A program made the translations under genes and the position numbers. This document shows, piece by piece, positions 1 through 10,292 of a stretch of 64,000 nucleotides of DNA. Each line of letters opens with the position of its first letter. Position 1 is the stretch's first letter. Below the pieces are notes generated by a model. That model searched no databases, was not told where the DNA came from, and saw only the letters and a list, made by a program, of their open reading frames with translations. Source of the DNA: a bacterium (lineage in GTDB: Bacteria; Patescibacteriota; Microgenomatia; UBA8517); contig JAKAJP010000003.1 in assembly GCA_021824915.1 (NCBI GenBank), forward strand, positions 136-64,135. The letters are read 5' to 3'.

Positions 1-1038
1 AGACTTTCAAGAAATGCCGGAGATCTTGGAATGTTGGTTGACCTGATGGACCAAGGAAAACTTCTAAAAATCAGAACCTTCTCCCAGACGTTTTCTAACA
101 CTCCAAATGAGAAATTTCTGCTAATGATCCTCTGCTCCCAAGCAAAGCTTGAAAATGACCAAAAAGGTGTGAATGTTAAACGGGGAATTAGACATAAATG
201 TGAGATGGGCTGGAGACCGGGAATGGCTCCAATCGGATATTACAACAGGGCATTCAATGGAGTTAAAGACATTGTTGTTGATCCGGACAGAGGCCATTTA
301 ATAACTGAGATGTTCGAAAAAGCAATTAACGGAGAACATGGCAGATCGATTAAAAAGTGGGCAGATAAGGTGGGACTTAATAATCGGTCAGGAAAACCAA
401 TTTATTTATCACAAATATATAGAATGCTTAAAGATCCTTTTTACTTTGGAGAATTTGAATATCCGGTTAATAGTGGAATTTGGTACAAGGGATCCTATCC
501 TCACTTAGTTACTAAAGAAATGTTTTTAAAGGTTCAAAAACTCAGAATGAGCATTCCACCAAAAGCTAAATGGCGTAGTAAAAACATATTGTTCAGAGGG
601 ATGTTCAAATGTGCCAGTTGCCAAGCAGGAGTAACCTGTGAAGAATCTTTTAGGGAAAGGTTACACGGAGAACCCCGAAGACACGTTTATTACCACTGTG
701 GAAGAATCAGGGACCCGAACTGTAAAGAACCTTTTGTATCTGAAAAAAAGTTAATAAGTTCCTTAAATAAATACATAAGTTTCATGGCAAATAACCATCC
801 TCAAACAGTGAAGTTATCTCCAAAGCTTAAAGCTGGAATGGATGCGTATAATAAAATTCGAGAAGAAGCTTTAATTCAACAAAATATTAACCCTAAAGAT
901 AAGGCCTTGTCATTTATTGAGTATGCCAAACATATTTTAAGAAATGGAACAAATGAAGAGAAAAAAGAAATGGCTATGGCATTTGATAAACAACTTTACC
1001 TTCATAACAGAGAAGTCTGTGGAGCTCCAATTAACTAA
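1..1038 (+). CDS. Large serine recombinase (resolvase + recombinase + Zn-ribbon domains), 5'-partial
   Basis: Frame is open from base 1 (RLSRNAGDLG..., the DRLSR catalytic-domain motif). Also APIGY, LKDPFYFG recombinase-domain motifs and a CASC...YYHC...C zinc ribbon. Confidence 0.9.
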   Translation, partial: RLSRNAGDLGMLVDLMDQGKLLKIRTFSQTFSNTPNEKFLLMILCSQAKLENDQKGVNVKRGIRHKCEMGWRPGMAPIGYYNRAFNGVKDIVVDPDRGHLITEMFEKAINGEHGRSIKKWADKVGLNNRSGKPIYLSQIYRMLKDPFYFGEFEYPVNSGIWYKGSYPHLVTKEMFLKVQKLRMSIPPKAKWRSKNILFRGMFKCASCQAGVTCEESFRERLHGEPRRHVYYHCGRIRDPNCKEPFVSEKKLISSLNKYISFMANNHPQTVKLSPKLKAGMDAYNKIREEALIQQNINPKDKALSFIEYAKHILRNGTNEEKKEMAMAFDKQLYLHNREVCGAPIN

Positions 1039-1080
1039 AACTTCACAGTATTGACTTAGAAAGTTATCGGAATTTACTTA

Positions 1081-1755
1081 TTAAACAAGAGATTCGGGAA
1101 GTGGACTTAAATCGTTAAATTCCAAATCTGGCCTAATTTCCCTTGTGGGCTGTTCGTGATTACGATTAATCCAAACTGCATCAAATCCTTGTTCTTTCGC
1201 TGGAATAATGTCATGAACATAGCTGGCTGCAACATGTAGAACTTCCCCTTTTGTGGCATTGAATCTTCTAAGCATTTCTTGCCAATGCCCATGGGACGGT
1301 TTATACGACCCCACTTCTTCGGCTGTTACAATGCCATCAAAATCTATGCCAATTAACTCAATTGACTTTTTAATAATTTCATTATCTATGTTCGAAAGAA
1401 TAATTAGTTTGTAGCCTTTATCCTTTAATTTAGCCAAAACATCATGTATTTCTGAAAAGGGTTGCCAGGAGTAAATAGAATTTGCAAATTCCAATGCGTC
1501 TTCGTCTGAAATATCAAAACCTTCTTGCTTTAAAAGTCTTTTTGAAGCTGATTGCAAAACATCGTGATATTTTCTATATTGTTCAGCCTCAACTGCCAAC
1601 TCAACTTTAATATATTTATCTGCAATACCATTCAAATCCAGATTAAAACCATGTTTATCAGATATTTGTTTGGTTGCATTTCGAATTCCGCCCTCCCAGT
1701 CAATAAGGGTGCCGTAACAATCAAAGGTGATATACTTCTTGTTTTTGAATTTCAT
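1081..1755 (-). CDS. HAD-superfamily hydrolase (haloacid dehalogenase type II-like)
   Basis: FDCYGTLIDW motif I, LSN motif II, YKP, HVAAS...HDI. Confidence 0.9.
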   Translation of the reverse strand: MKFKNKKYITFDCYGTLIDWEGGIRNATKQISDKHGFNLDLNGIADKYIKVELAVEAEQYRKYHDVLQSASKRLLKQEGFDISDEDALEFANSIYSWQPFSEIHDVLAKLKDKGYKLIILSNIDNEIIKKSIELIGIDFDGIVTAEEVGSYKPSHGHWQEMLRRFNATKGEVLHVAASYVHDIIPAKEQGFDAVWINRNHEQPTREIRPDLEFNDLSPLPESLV

Positions 1756-1760
1756 AATGG

Positions 1761-2090
1761 TTAGAATATCTTGCCCCCAATTGGAACATCTTTATCCGGA
1801 ATCACCAGTATAGCCCTATGTTCTGAGTCGGGAAACCCCAAGGTTAAAACTTCTGAAACAGCAAGACCTATTTGAAAAGGAGGAAGGTTTACAACTCCGG
1901 CAACAAGCCTTCCTTTAAGCTCATCCTTCTTATAATGCGTAAATTGTCCAATTGATTGCTTGATTCCAATTTCTGGCCCAAAATCTACCTTCATCTTGTA
2001 AGAAGGCTTGCGGGCTTCTGGATAATCTTCTACTTCAACAATCCTACCAACTCTTATATCCAAATTTTTAAAATCTTCGATAGTAGCCAT
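1761..2090 (-). CDS. csaA: CsaA/Trbp111-like tRNA-binding export chaperone
   Basis: DFKNLDIRVGRIVEV...PEARKPSYK..VDFGPEIG...VNLPP...SEVLTLG. Confidence 0.85.
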   Translation of the reverse strand: MATIEDFKNLDIRVGRIVEVEDYPEARKPSYKMKVDFGPEIGIKQSIGQFTHYKKDELKGRLVAGVVNLPPFQIGLAVSEVLTLGFPDSEHRAILVIPDKDVPIGGKIF

Positions 2091-2102
2091 TGCTAAATTA
2101 TA

Positions 2103-2453
2103 TCAAACTTTGAAGCTGAATCCAGAAGCGTCAGCAACTTTGTCATCACCAAAAATTCCCTTTGCTATCCTTATTGTGTCCTGACGAGCCTCATTGGAAT
2201 TTCCTCGTATCTGACAGCTTGATGTCTCTTCTCTAAAATAGAGCAAGCCTCCTTTTGTTTGCATTATTCCAGCATCGTCAACTATTGGATAGTCACGGTC
2301 GCCTTTTCTGGCACTTTCTTTTACGCCATATTCATCTGCAATCTCGGCGTGTATAGCAAAAGGGTTATCCGAGTAGTAAATTACATCTCCAACTCGGATA
2401 AATTTCACACGGTTCAGCCCTTCGCGCTCGGTTTCTTTATTTATAGATGGCAT
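2103..2453 (-). CDS. Hypothetical protein
   Basis: 116-aa ORF co-oriented with csaA, TACAAT-6nt-ATG start, no recognised motif. Confidence 0.7.
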   Translation of the reverse strand: MPSINKETEREGLNRVKFIRVGDVIYYSDNPFAIHAEIADEYGVKESARKGDRDYPIVDDAGIMQTKGGLLYFREETSSCQIRGNSNEARQDTIRIAKGIFGDDKVADASGFSFKV

Positions 2454-2572
2454 GTGGGGATTGTACTATAAGTCTATTTTAAATACAAGAAACCGTAAAT
2501 ATCAAAATATCATTATAAGTTAGCTTCAAGAAAGCTATATTTGACTAGTATAAACTAGTTGCTTCTGGCTCA

Positions 2573-2590
2573 CAGAAACTGGATTCGAAC
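2573..2590 (-). repeat. Degenerate copy of the tRNA-Gln T-arm/3' end (possible att remnant)
   Basis: cagaaactggattcgaac versus tRNA cggaacttggattcgaac (2707-2724). Confidence 0.45.
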
Positions 2591-2703
2591 GGAGCTTGTT
2601 TGAGCGTAGAAAACCGTTATAGTCCTAGTCTTTCAAAATAGCACTTTTGGAAGAAAATACGGGCTATTCGAGAGAGTATGGTCACTGAGGTTGCATATGC
2701 TTG

Positions 2704-2774
2704 CTGCGGAACTTGGATTCGAACCAAGATACCATCCTCCAGAGGGATGTGTCCTACCATTAGACGATTCCGCA
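2704..2774 (-). tRNA. tRNA-Gln(CUG), CCA not encoded
   Basis: Reverse complement folds as TGCGGAA/TTCCGCA acceptor stem, CATCC-CTCTGGA-GGATG anticodon arm, CTTGG-TTCGAAT-CCAAG T arm, with U1-A72 and G73. Confidence 0.96.
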
Positions 2775-2814
2775 ATATATGCGTATTTTACCATTCTCAT
2801 GAAGCCTAACCAAA

Positions 2815-3042
2815 TTACATTTTAAGAAGCTCGAAAACACGGAAAATGAGAAACGCCGGCCAGACAAGTGCCTTAAGGAGTCCAATTAAACCATCCATGA
2901 ATGTTGTCGAGTGTTGAATAAAATAAATCGCGGCACCGATCAAACCCAATCCATAAACCGCTCCACCACCAGCACCTCCACCATAGTGTTTGGTGACATT
3001 CTTAACAATTTTTACTTCTTTTGTGGGTTTCTCTTCCATCAT
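2815..3042 (-). CDS. Small membrane protein
   Basis: Gly-rich segment then two hydrophobic helices; ATGA overlap with the pspC stop supports a start at 3042. Confidence 0.75.
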   Translation of the reverse strand: MMEEKPTKEVKIVKNVTKHYGGGAGGGAVYGLGLIGAAIYFIQHSTTFMDGLIGLLKALVWPAFLIFRVFELLKM

Positions 3043-3224
3043 TTGGTTGGAACAAATATCCAAGCTATCAAATAAATAATGAGTCCAAATCCTGCAAAAA
3101 ACAAGGCCAAAAACAAAAGCCGGACAATAATCGGGTCGATGCTAAAATATTCGGAAAGTCCGCCACAAACCCCACCAATAACTTTTTCTTTCTGAGACCT
3201 ATAAAGCCTGTTTTTAACTGACAT
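3039..3224 (-). CDS. pspC: PspC domain protein
   Basis: RLYRS..KVIGGVCGGLSEYFSIDPIIVRLLF...YLIAWIFVP. Confidence 0.92.
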   Translation of the reverse strand: MSVKNRLYRSQKEKVIGGVCGGLSEYFSIDPIIVRLLFLALFFAGFGLIIYLIAWIFVPTK

Positions 3225-3265
3225 TACAAAATTGTATCTTCAATATTCCGAAACTGTCAATGGGG

Positions 3266-3883
3266 TTAATTGAAACGCGTAGAAAGCGGAATGAAAGATG
3301 TATCGCTCAAATCAAACCAAAATGACGGGCCAAGACCCCCATCGTTTTTATTAGTATTAATAACCATCAAAGTGGGAGCCGCCCAACCTGTAACATCCGT
3401 AATTTTATAATTTGTCTCTTTGGCTTCAAATCTACCAACAATTTCAATCGTTTGATTGTCCCGGGAAACTACCGCACCAGTAGAATTCACAACAATATAG
3501 GAAACAGTACTCGGACCATTTACTTTCAAGAAAAAATATTTATTATCAGGTGAAAAAGTGTTATATGGAATTGAAACTGACCAACCTGAATCATAAGTCT
3601 TACTAAAAACCACATTGGCAACTCCATCTTCACCGGAGACACTAACAGTGTAGGTGGTTTCGGCTCCATCTTTCTTTTCAAGCATTTCTAAAGTTTTCTG
3701 ACCATCGGGTGAACCAATTTTTGTAACATTTGAGGAAGATGGCGACGGGGTAGTAATCGGAGCAGCCAGAAGCTCCGGCAGATTTTTAGGCTTCTGATCA
3801 CGATTTTTAACCGCAAAAATCCCAATTACTCCCAAAACCACAACAACAAACAAAATCAATAATTTAGAGAGGTGCTTGTCCAT
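3266..3883 (-). CDS. Membrane-anchored hypothetical protein (beta-propeller-like SPDG/FSPD repeats)
   Basis: N-terminal TM helix, Pro/Ser linker, GSPDG and FSPDN motifs. Confidence 0.7.
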   Translation of the reverse strand: MDKHLSKLLILFVVVVLGVIGIFAVKNRDQKPKNLPELLAAPITTPSPSSSNVTKIGSPDGQKTLEMLEKKDGAETTYTVSVSGEDGVANVVFSKTYDSGWSVSIPYNTFSPDNKYFFLKVNGPSTVSYIVVNSTGAVVSRDNQTIEIVGRFEAKETNYKITDVTGWAAPTLMVINTNKNDGGLGPSFWFDLSDTSFIPLSTRFN

Positions 3884-4577
3884 ATATTGTTATCTTTGTA
3901 CCGGGATTGTCTGAATTTGAAACATTTACATTCCCATTTGTCGGCGGATTTACCCAGTAATAAAGCTTCTCAGCGTCCACTATTCTCATATTTACACAGC
4001 CATGACTCATTGGATGACCGAAGTTGTTATGCCAATAGGCACCATGTAAGCTAAAACCATCCCCAGCAGATACTCCACTACCTGAAAAGAACATTACAAA
4101 CGGGACGTTCGGAAGATCATAAAAGTCCGCACCCGTACCCCCCGTCATACGTGTAGCCCTCAACTTTTCCCAAATTGTAAAATCTCCAGTCGGAGTCGGA
4201 TGCCACTTACCGGTAGAAACATAGGTTTTCATAAAAAGAGTATCTCCTTGATAAGCAGTTAATGTTTGTGTCGTCAGATCAACATAGATATGCTTTTCAC
4301 CGGTTCCGGTAGATTCCGCCAGAACTTTGCTTTTTGCTTCGGATTCGCCCAAACTAACCGACGGTGGCTTAATCTTTTGTCCAGCAAAAACACCCAATGA
4401 ATCGTTTTCAACTTTCAATTTAGCACTATCCATGCAACTGATTGAATTTGCGCAAACACGGGGTTTCATGAATATTGCTAACGAACCCAAACCCAAAAAA
4501 GTGGAGATAGCTACCGCACCAACCAAGAAAGTGAGTATACCAGTGACAAATGAAGACCCAAATTTCCTTCCAGCCAT
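3864..4577 (-). CDS. L,D-transpeptidase (ErfK/YcfS/YnhG family)
   Basis: HIYVDLTTQTL, VSTG..PTPTG, LHGAYWH...SHGCVN catalytic motif. Confidence 0.92.
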   Translation of the reverse strand: MAGRKFGSSFVTGILTFLVGAVAISTFLGLGSLAIFMKPRVCANSISCMDSAKLKVENDSLGVFAGQKIKPPSVSLGESEAKSKVLAESTGTGEKHIYVDLTTQTLTAYQGDTLFMKTYVSTGKWHPTPTGDFTIWEKLRATRMTGGTGADFYDLPNVPFVMFFSGSGVSAGDGFSLHGAYWHNNFGHPMSHGCVNMRIVDAEKLYYWVNPPTNGNVNVSNSDNPGTKITIYGQAPL

Positions 4578-4617
4578 TCATCCAGATTACCAGCTTTTCT
4601 GATATAATGTAAAGAGT

Positions 4618-4923
4618 TTGATGACAGAGAACGAGACGGTCAAAATATCCAAAAAACTGTTAATAACAATAGGGGTTCTCGTTGGCATCATTGCAATTTG
4701 TATCGGCAGCCTACTTTTTAATTACTTCCAGTTCTTAAGACGCGCTCATAGCACCTTTGAAAACTATTATGCATTCAGGGGATGCTCCAAACTTTTAACC
4801 AAAACCGACACTTACGGACTCTGTAAAACAAACACCGGAGAGACAATAAAAATTATAAAGTTCAATGGACGTTGGTACTTGGATGGCGACCTTCCCACCT
4901 GCTTCGTGGGTCTTTGTTTCTAA
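4618..4923 (+). CDS. Membrane-anchored hypothetical protein with Cys residues
   Basis: N-terminal TM helix, TATAAT upstream, converges on the MFS gene. Confidence 0.7.
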   Translation: MMTENETVKISKKLLITIGVLVGIIAICIGSLLFNYFQFLRRAHSTFENYYAFRGCSKLLTKTDTYGLCKTNTGETIKIIKFNGRWYLDGDLPTCFVGLCF

Positions 4924-6083
4924 TCTTTCTTGAGTAAAAGAAGAAAAACACCTCCAAAAAAAACAAATATTGCCGCAGTAGCAAAGACTGTTGTGTGACC
5001 GATCTTATCATAAATAAGTCCGGCAAGAATGCCTGCAACAAGACCAGAAAGACCGACAACTGTATTGAACCACCCAACCGCACTTGCTTGCAATTCTTTT
5101 GGTGAAAAATCTGATGCATATGCCTTACCCGAGGTTCTAAAAATGCCCATATAAAAGCCAAAGAGAACAAATGAAACTGTAATTACTAAGAAATTGTGAG
5201 TTGCTGCGAAACCGACTAACGAAATAAAAAATAAAATAAAGCTGGATAAAAGTACATATTTTCTGCCAAACTTGTCTGCCCAAACCCCTGCAGGGTAAGA
5301 AATCAAAGCAGCGGCTAAATTGTAAAAAGCGTAAATAAAAATTGTTCCGATGAGAGAAATTCCAACATTTTTGGTTTCCAAGATCATAAACGAAGAGCTG
5401 ATATTCCCGATTCCAAAAATACCGATTACTCCTAAGTACTTCCAATAATTTTTAGGGAATTTAAAAACGTTAATATTGAGTTTCGATTTCGGGATAAAAA
5501 CCCCTGCCTTTTCCTTAACCAAAAAAACTGTCAATACAGCAAAAAGCCCCGGGATAATAGACAAATAAAATATTGAGCGGATTCCAACATTAAAATAATA
5601 TAGAAGAGCAATTGCGAGCAAGGGACCAAAGAACGCACCAATATTGTCTCCTATTCCCTCAAGGCCAAAAGCCTTACCGCGATTCGCTTCATTAACAGAA
5701 TTTGCAATTAATCCATCTCGTGGCGCCGAACGGATTCCAGTTCCAAGGCGGTCACTTGAACGGGCCGTCAAAACCTGAGTCCAAGAGTTAGAAAGCCCAA
5801 TAAAAGGTTTACTTATTGCTGCAATTAAATATCCCGCGACTGCAACCGCTTTTCTCTTTTGAATTTTATCAGAAAACGAACCTGAAACCCCCTGAATTAT
5901 ATTTTGCATTGCTATTGCAATTCCTTCCACAATCCCGACAACCGCACCGCCCACCCCGAGAGTAGTTGTAAGGAAAATAGGCAACACCGGATAAAGCATT
6001 TCCGTACTAATATCTGCAAAAAGAGAAGTGAAAGTCAGAAGAAACGTGTCTTTAGTTAAACCGGCAAAATATTTTTTGTTCAC
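4920..6083 (-). CDS. MFS transporter
   Basis: About 12 TM segments; SDKIQKRK and ADKFGRK motif A; DRLGTGIRSAPRD. Confidence 0.92.
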   Translation of the reverse strand: MNKKYFAGLTKDTFLLTFTSLFADISTEMLYPVLPIFLTTTLGVGGAVVGIVEGIAIAMQNIIQGVSGSFSDKIQKRKAVAVAGYLIAAISKPFIGLSNSWTQVLTARSSDRLGTGIRSAPRDGLIANSVNEANRGKAFGLEGIGDNIGAFFGPLLAIALLYYFNVGIRSIFYLSIIPGLFAVLTVFLVKEKAGVFIPKSKLNINVFKFPKNYWKYLGVIGIFGIGNISSSFMILETKNVGISLIGTIFIYAFYNLAAALISYPAGVWADKFGRKYVLLSSFILFFISLVGFAATHNFLVITVSFVLFGFYMGIFRTSGKAYASDFSPKELQASAVGWFNTVVGLSGLVAGILAGLIYDKIGHTTVFATAAIFVFFGGVFLLLLKKD

Positions 6084-6138
6084 GATTTAATCGTAACACA
6101 AAAAGGTTTTCTTCTACTTAAAATGTTAAAATGGTTGC

Positions 6139-6591
6139 ATGAAAACAAAAGACTTTGAACTTCCGGATCAAAATGGGAAAGTCCACAAATTATCCGATTA
6201 TAAGGGAAAATGGATTGTACTTTATTTTTATCCAAAGGACGACACCCCAGGGTGCACCAAAGAAGCCTGCAACTTCCGCGATTCAATCGATAAATTTCAA
6301 AAAATTGGAGCTCAAATTCTAGGAGTTTCTAAAGACACAATAGCCTCTCATAAAAAATTTGCTGAAAAATATAAATTAAACTTTCCAATTCTCTCCAATG
6401 AAACCAAAGAAGTGATCAAGGCTTATAAATCTTGGGGAATTAAGAAATTTATGGGAAGGCAATTTGAAGGGATAATAAGAAACACTTATCTTATTGACCC
6501 AAACGGAAAAATTAAAAAGTTTTACGAGAAGGTTAATCCTCTGACTCATCCTTCGGAAGTTCTTTCCGATATAAAATCTCTTCAAGTATAA
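6139..6591 (+). CDS. bcp: Bacterioferritin comigratory protein / peroxiredoxin Q
   Basis: VLYFYPKDDTPGCTKEAC. Confidence 0.95.
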   Translation: MKTKDFELPDQNGKVHKLSDYKGKWIVLYFYPKDDTPGCTKEACNFRDSIDKFQKIGAQILGVSKDTIASHKKFAEKYKLNFPILSNETKEVIKAYKSWGIKKFMGRQFEGIIRNTYLIDPNGKIKKFYEKVNPLTHPSEVLSDIKSLQV

Positions 6592-6598
6592 TTAATAT

Positions 6599-7762
6599 AT
6601 GTTCCAGCGCATTGTGATCACCATCCTCGGGATTGCCATTGGCTTAGCCGGGGGATATTTGATTATTCTTTTATCGACCCCAAAAACCTCAAAAAAGGTT
6701 CAACAAAGTATATTTAGTCCTCAAAAAAGAGAAGTTGTGGGGTTCCTTCCATTCTGGTTGATAGACAAGGCCGACAAAGACTATTCCCCATTCATAACTA
6801 CACTTTCATATTTCAATCTGAATGTTGACGGTAACGGAACGATTAAAAGAATGGATAATCAAGTTGAAGCTGACCCGGGTTGGAACGCATTGACAAGCGG
6901 AAAGGCTAACGATTTATTAACAAAGGCCAAATCTGCTCAAGAAAAGTTATCACTTACAATGTTTGCAAGTGATATAGACATAATAAATTCTCTCCTCGCT
7001 GACCCTGTTACGAACGCTCAAAATTTGATTACAGACGTATCTCCGGTTATGCAAAAGTATGGTTTTACCGATCTGAACATGGATATTGAACAAATACCGG
7101 ACGCTTCCCCAGAAGCACAAATCAAGTATTCTCAATTTATTTCAAATATCAAAGACGGGCTTAATTCTCGAAATCTTGGTTCCTTAACAGTAGATATCAG
7201 CCCAATCGCATTTGTCAGAAATAAAAACCTAATTGATCCAAAACTAATTTCACCATATGTTGATTACATTGTCCTTATGGCCTATGACTTCCATAATCCA
7301 GGATCTCTGGTTACAGGACCAGTTTCTCCAGTTTCCGGAGCCGGAAAAGTTTCCGAGTTTGACACGGAAACAGCCATCCAAAAAGCCCTTGAAATTTTTC
7401 CAGCGTCAAAAATAATTCTTGGAATTCCTTTATATGGATACTCATGGGAATCGATAGATAATTTCCCCCGCGCAGCAATCGTTCCGTCAACTGCAATTAT
7501 TATTAGTAACCGTACGGTTGAAGATTTAATAGCCAACTGCGCAACTTGCAGCGCGCAGTATGACACAACCGACAAAGAATCGCATCTTATTTACAAAAAC
7601 ACTGACACTGGAACATTCCAACAAATTTTTTATCCTGACCAAAGGGCCACCCAAGACAAAGTTGATCTCGCAAATAACTATAATCTTGGTGGTGTGGCGC
7701 TTTGGGCGCTTGGCTATGAAGGGAATACTATTCTACAACCACTGTCCGCGTATCATCGTTAA
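6599..7762 (+). CDS. Glycoside hydrolase family 18 protein, membrane-anchored
   Basis: DLNMDIE (DxxxDxE), VLMAYDFH, LGIPLYG, LGGVALWALGYE. Confidence 0.88.
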   Translation: MFQRIVITILGIAIGLAGGYLIILLSTPKTSKKVQQSIFSPQKREVVGFLPFWLIDKADKDYSPFITTLSYFNLNVDGNGTIKRMDNQVEADPGWNALTSGKANDLLTKAKSAQEKLSLTMFASDIDIINSLLADPVTNAQNLITDVSPVMQKYGFTDLNMDIEQIPDASPEAQIKYSQFISNIKDGLNSRNLGSLTVDISPIAFVRNKNLIDPKLISPYVDYIVLMAYDFHNPGSLVTGPVSPVSGAGKVSEFDTETAIQKALEIFPASKIILGIPLYGYSWESIDNFPRAAIVPSTAIIISNRTVEDLIANCATCSAQYDTTDKESHLIYKNTDTGTFQQIFYPDQRATQDKVDLANNYNLGGVALWALGYEGNTILQPLSAYHR

Positions 7763-8375
7763 AAATCAATTTCTTACCCGCTGAGATGGTGGTCACGCTT
7801 GTAATATTGTCGGTGTCATTATAAGAAAAAGTGGCCGATCCACTGACAACTTCGAGAGTGATAATCGGTTTTTTATCATCCAAACTTACATTTATATCAC
7901 CACCGTTTTCAATCAACAAATGAAGTGTACGAATCGAAACCGGAACGCCATCCAATTTTTTGTATTCAACAACCCCTGCCCCCTGTACCAAAACAATATT
8001 GGCAGGTAAGGTTTGAACAAAATCAACTTCACTTTTTTCACCTATATTTACTTCAAGGTTTTTATCAAATAAAACGCTAGTATTACTTTTTTCTTTTGTT
8101 ATTAAATTTTCCCCCTGTTGAATGTTGATAGGCGAACCAAGTTTTGCGGAATCGGTTGCAACTCGACTCTGCCAAAATATATCTCCATTCATCTTTGTAA
8201 TTTTTCCGATCAAACTATCACTTGGCGCTTTTTCCAAAGAAAAACCAGAAGTCCTGAAAATAGTTTGTAAATTAGGAATTGTTATAACTTTAGACCTTCC
8301 GATAAATGTTGAGTAGCCAACCATTAGGAAAAGTCCGATACAAATCATCATGACAAAGAGTAGAAGATTCTTCAT
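7728..8375 (-). CDS. FecR-like domain membrane protein
   Basis: N-terminal TM helix; GENLIT.E.S...FD...IGEKSE and LEVVSGSA FecR-like beta pattern. Confidence 0.6.
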   Translation of the reverse strand: MKNLLLFVMMICIGLFLMVGYSTFIGRSKVITIPNLQTIFRTSGFSLEKAPSDSLIGKITKMNGDIFWQSRVATDSAKLGSPINIQQGENLITKEKSNTSVLFDKNLEVNIGEKSEVDFVQTLPANIVLVQGAGVVEYKKLDGVPVSIRTLHLLIENGGDINVSLDDKKPIITLEVVSGSATFSYNDTDNITSVTTISAGKKLIFNDDTRTVVVE

Positions 8376-8399
8376 ATAACAATTATATAATTAAAGTGA

Positions 8400-9605
8400 T
8401 TACTCGTACTTTAGCGCTTCGATTGGATTAAGTTTCGATGCGCGCGCTGCCGGAGCAACTCCAAAAATTATTCCGATAAGGGCGGAGACACCAAAAGAAA
8501 GGAGAATGCTCCACCATGTAACAGTGGTTTCAATGAAATTGCTCAAACCCCAAGCCCCCAGACTTCCAATAATCACACCAATAAGTCCACCACCCAATGA
8601 AAGAACAATAGCCTCGATTAAAAACTGATATAAAATATCCTTGGGTTTTGCTCCAACTGCTTTTCTAAGACCAACCTCACGTGTTCTTTCGGTAACAGAG
8701 ACAAGCATGATATTCATAATTCCTACACCTCCGACGAGAAGAGAGATTGCCGCTATTCCGCCAAGTGCCAATGTTAAAACACTAAGAACTTGGTTTATTG
8801 TCTGAAGTAGATTAGAAGAATCAACTACCGAAAACTCATCATCTTTAAGGCGTTTGCCAAGCTCCTTTTTGACCATATTGATTACCACAGGAATTGAGTC
8901 TTTATCTTTTGCCTTAACCCCAATACTTTGAACCGATTTTAAGCCAAAAAGTTTTTGCGCAGTGGTTAACGGCATTATGGCAAACTCGTTTGTATCAACT
9001 CCAAAACCGCTAGATCCGAATTTATTTAATACTCCAATGACCCTAAATTTCTGTCCGCCAATAGTTACACTTTTACCCAATGGGTTGCCGGAGCCAAAAA
9101 GCTTCGGCGCCAGGGTTTGACCCAAATCAACCACATTCTTGCTAACTCGATCGTCAGCATCTGTATAAACCCGACCGGAGGCAGCTGATAAATTCATCAT
9201 TTTTAAATATTCAGCACTAAAACCGCCAATAGTCGTATATCTTGACTTTCCGGCGTAAGAAACGTTTGAAGTCGATTCAATAGATGCCCCGACCATCTCT
9301 ATCGGACTTCCCAGTTTAGAAATTCTCTCAACGTCATTTAAACTGAGCTTACTGACAAAAACACTATGAGCAGTGGTGGCTACCCCACCACCGGCTCCAA
9401 ATTTTCCGGGCAGAACCATAACCACATTTGTTCCCAATGATTCGAATTGATTTGTTATATAACTTTGCAACCCCTGACCTATTGAAACAAGAAGAATCAC
9501 AGCGGAAACACCAATGATTATTCCAAGCATGGTAAGGAGAGACCTTGTTTTGTTTCTAAGTAAACTCTGAATTGATAATTTCAAAATCTCGCCCGTTGGT
9601 ATCAT
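8400..9605 (-). CDS. MacB/FtsX-family ABC transporter permease
   Basis: RSLLTMLGIIIGV; GGVGIMNIMLVSVTERTREVGLRKAVGA; LNPIEALKYE. Confidence 0.95.
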   Translation of the reverse strand: MIPTGEILKLSIQSLLRNKTRSLLTMLGIIIGVSAVILLVSIGQGLQSYITNQFESLGTNVVMVLPGKFGAGGGVATTAHSVFVSKLSLNDVERISKLGSPIEMVGASIESTSNVSYAGKSRYTTIGGFSAEYLKMMNLSAASGRVYTDADDRVSKNVVDLGQTLAPKLFGSGNPLGKSVTIGGQKFRVIGVLNKFGSSGFGVDTNEFAIMPLTTAQKLFGLKSVQSIGVKAKDKDSIPVVINMVKKELGKRLKDDEFSVVDSSNLLQTINQVLSVLTLALGGIAAISLLVGGVGIMNIMLVSVTERTREVGLRKAVGAKPKDILYQFLIEAIVLSLGGGLIGVIIGSLGAWGLSNFIETTVTWWSILLSFGVSALIGIIFGVAPAARASKLNPIEALKYE

Positions 9606-10288
9606 ATTTTCTTGTCGGAAATTATAACCCCGTCCTTCATTTGAACTATTCTCTTTGCCTTTTTGGCAATTTCAAGCTCGTGGGTGACCAAAACAATTGT
9701 ATTTCCTTTTGCGTTTAATTCTTTGAGTAGAGAAACAATCTCATCCCCCGCCTTACTATCCAAATTTCCCGTCGGTTCATCTGCTAAAATCAAGCTGGGT
9801 TTAGTTATTAACGCCCGGGCAATTGCTACTCTTTGCTGTTGGCCTCCGGAAAGCTGGGCTGGTGTATGATTCATCCGCTCAGCAAGACCCACTATCTTAA
9901 GTGCCTCCTCGGCTCTCCTAATCCTTTCTGTCGCCGAGACCCCCGAATAAATCAAGGGAAGCTCGACATTGTCCAAGGCACTTGTTCTGGGAAGAAGATT
10001 AAAAGCCTGAAAAACAAAACCTATATGTTTATTCCTGAGTTCAGCTAACTTTTCCTCAGGAAGCTTGCCCACGTTTTTTCCTTCAAGCTCGACCAGGCCG
10101 GTTGAAGGAGAATCCAATATCCCAATGATATGCATAAGCGTTGATTTTCCACTACCAGAAGGCCCAATGATAGAAACAAACTCTTTCTCTTTTATCTTAA
10201 GATCAATTCCCCTTAGGGCTTGCACCTCAACTCCCCCATCAAGCCTGTAGGTTTTTGTAACCTTTGATAAAGAAATTAGCGAAGCCAT
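9602..10288 (-). CDS. MacB/LolD-family ABC transporter ATP-binding protein
   Basis: [27 protein letters not shown]. Confidence 0.95.
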   Translation of the reverse strand: MASLISLSKVTKTYRLDGGVEVQALRGIDLKIKEKEFVSIIGPSGSGKSTLMHIIGILDSPSTGLVELEGKNVGKLPEEKLAELRNKHIGFVFQAFNLLPRTSALDNVELPLIYSGVSATERIRRAEEALKIVGLAERMNHTPAQLSGGQQQRVAIARALITKPSLILADEPTGNLDSKAGDEIVSLLKELNAKGNTIVLVTHELEIAKKAKRIVQMKDGVIISDKKI

Positions 10289-10292
10289 AGTG

